In this document: piece after piece, positions 63,098 through 64,000 of the stretch
Layout: each line of letters begins with the position of its first letter
Numbering within the stretch: position 1 is the first letter of the stretch
Virus record (IMG/VR): IMGVR_UViG_3300033149_007571
Location: 1 to 64,000 of that record
Reading direction: 5' to 3' (one strand)
DNA: 64,000 bases
DNA from: a virus
Notes under the pieces: generated by a model
The model's input: the letters and a program-made list of their open reading frames with translations, nothing else
Databases searched by the model: none
Told to the model about the DNA's origin: nothing
Program-made: the position numbers and the translations under genes

Positions 63098-63922
63098 ATG
63101 GAACCAAATTCAGCTTTGAATGGGGTTCCCATTGCATATCAAATTGCTGTCACCTACAATTGCAATGCGGCTTGCAAATGGTGTGTACAACATCTTGATG
63201 TTATTCGATGGAATCACATTGATACGAATATAACAGTCCGAGAGGTACGGACTGCTGCTCATTTTCTGAAGCTCTATGGAATACGTATTGGGAAACTACG
63301 GGTGACTGGTGGAGAACCAATGGTACACCCGAATCTGAGAGAAATATTGTTTGCTGTCAACGAAAGTTGGGCTCCGAGGACGGGTTGGTTTCGCATCTAT
63401 AGCAATGGTAAGTTGCCCATTCTTCGCGGTACTCCAGGGAGGTTTTCTGTTGTTCCACTCAATAGTGTGAAGAAGACAGCTTGTTTTACTCCCTTCAATG
63501 TTTCTCCCGCCGACTTGGGTATTGAACCCGTTTTCGGATTTGTGCGACCTTGTGTGCAACAAGTTCGTTGCGGTCGGTGGTTCGATTGTTTTGGGTTTAC
63601 TTCTTGTGGTGTAGCTGGTATTTTGGGAACAATGTTGGGCGACGATTGCTACGAACCCTTGCCTGTGTTGATGGGACGACCGAGCGTCTGTCAGCATTGC
63701 CTCTACAGTTTACCGAAGGCGCAGCGGCATTCCATCACGCGACAGGTTCACGCTGGGAAAATTCCGGAGATTACAAAAACGTTCAAGCAAGCAATTGAGC
63801 GATGGCATGACAGTCCTCCAAGACCTCGTCGGTTTTGGGAGCGTTTGCCAGAAAAGTTTGTGCCAGGGGAACTGAATGATGAAACCAAACGATCCAAATG
63901 TAATGCAGGTAGTCCGAGTTGA
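63098..63922 (+). CDS. Radical SAM enzyme with C-terminal Cys-rich (twitch/SPASM-like) region
   Basis: CNAACKWC, VTGGEP..HP, YSNG, further Cys residues ending CQHC. Confidence 0.88.
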   Translation: MEPNSALNGVPIAYQIAVTYNCNAACKWCVQHLDVIRWNHIDTNITVREVRTAAHFLKLYGIRIGKLRVTGGEPMVHPNLREILFAVNESWAPRTGWFRIYSNGKLPILRGTPGRFSVVPLNSVKKTACFTPFNVSPADLGIEPVFGFVRPCVQQVRCGRWFDCFGFTSCGVAGILGTMLGDDCYEPLPVLMGRPSVCQHCLYSLPKAQRHSITRQVHAGKIPEITKTFKQAIERWHDSPPRPRRFWERLPEKFVPGELNDETKRSKCNAGSPS

Positions 63923-64000
63923 GCATCACCTGTGGAAGACCTGTCATTGTCGAGAATGTACTGAAGAGCGAGCCCGCCGAGCAATCCCTCGAGAGCCCAC

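Larger units (their letters stand above)
1..64000 (+). mobile_element. Tailed dsDNA bacteriophage genome segment (Caudoviricetes; HK97-fold capsid)
   Basis: Terminase, portal, MuF, prohead protease, major capsid, head-tail and tail genes plus a replication module, all co-oriented; no host housekeeping synteny or integrase seen. Confidence 0.97.

Noticed and set aside
1-64000. tRNA, rRNA, integrase, att sites or transposases
   Set aside because: None recognised by eye; a tRNAscan/Infernal run would be needed to exclude small RNAs, and lifestyle cannot be determined from this window

Overview
The whole 64 kb window is a segment of a tailed dsDNA phage genome (HK97-type head, probably siphovirus-like tail). 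All credible genes lie on the + strand and no host genes, integrase, tRNA or CRISPR array were recognised. A Planctomycete-like host is inferred from an SHD1-domain exported protein, the CsrA sequence type and a papain/thioredoxin/PEPD-repeat cluster. Order of modules: (1) early accessory genes at 0-7.8 kb, including tandem pentapeptide-repeat paralogues, two homologous promoter elements, DUF932 and a sigma-like protein; (2) a nearly complete replication/recombination set at 7.8-28.4 kb (SNF2 helicase, primase, initiator with internal iterons, DnaB-like helicase, CsrA, clamp, two DNA methyltransferases flanking a split UDG-exo/PolA polymerase, clamp loader, SSB, RecA, 5'-3' exonuclease, RuvC, split SbcC plus SbcD); (3) terminase, membrane/exported proteins, a fibre-like protein and head-tail connectors at 28.9-41.3 kb; (4) a nucleotide-metabolism cluster at 42.5-45.4 kb; (5) portal, MuF, effector-like proteins, prohead protease, capsid, tail genes and a radical SAM enzyme at 46.3-63.9 kb. 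The best candidate for an undescribed system is at 47.9-53.8 kb. Three consecutive head-region proteins carry four copies of a K-H-L-x(1-3)-H-D-Q-S-[ST]-H-G-R tag. Three of the four tags sit upstream of enzymatic domains (PD-(D/E)XK nuclease, zincin protease, kinase plus ADP-ribosyltransferase), and small N-terminal domains may be daisy-chained immunity proteins. Other candidates: two poly-serine virion proteins with a radical SAM enzyme, a composite inverted repeat 20 kb apart, and two promoter-leader-terminator RNA structures. All functional calls come from motif reading only; no database searches were run.
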